Shown here in pieces: positions 63,961 to 64,000 of a stretch of 64,000 nt of DNA. This DNA is from Haliotis rubra (lineage: Eukaryota): NCBI RefSeq assembly GCF_003918875.1, contig NW_025767197.1, positions 124,001 through 188,000 of the forward strand, given 5' to 3'. How positions within the stretch are numbered: the stretch's first letter is position 1; each line of letters starts with the position of its first letter. The notes beneath the pieces are model-generated. The model searched no databases. It saw nothing but the letters and a program-made list of their open reading frames with translations, and was not told where the DNA came from. Position numbers and translations under genes: made by a program.

Positions 63961-64000
63961 CTTTTCAAATAACTTTTCTTTTATGCAATTTTATGTCATG

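Overview
Eukaryotic, AT-rich, repeat-dense genomic DNA with two N gaps. It is probably molluscan: the (GAGT)n-tailed tRNA-SINEs suggest a gastropod such as abalone, but this is inference only. The only host genes I can support form a + strand tandem array of five paralogs (12927-58864). They encode an uncharacterised ~516-520 aa protein with a signal peptide and two homologous, insert-rich VOC/glyoxalase-like domains. Copies 1, 2, 3 and 5 have intact spliced ORFs; copy 4 is a pseudogene. The paralogs differ at the predicted metal-ligand positions (H/E/H/E, H/E/Q/E or M/E/E/K) and show region-dependent relationships that suggest gene conversion. Copies 2-5 share a TATA plus GATA/Fox-like promoter module. 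All five carry an intronic 31-32 bp minisatellite built from their own splice donor, and copy 1 has an extra intron flanked by a 10-bp direct repeat. The rest is transposon debris: several LINEs (one with a 2A StopGo motif and an apparent UAG-readthrough ORF1/ORF2 junction), Tc1/mariner copies, three SINE families, Penelope-like fragments with U3-A8 hammerhead-like cores, MITE-like hairpins and minisatellites.
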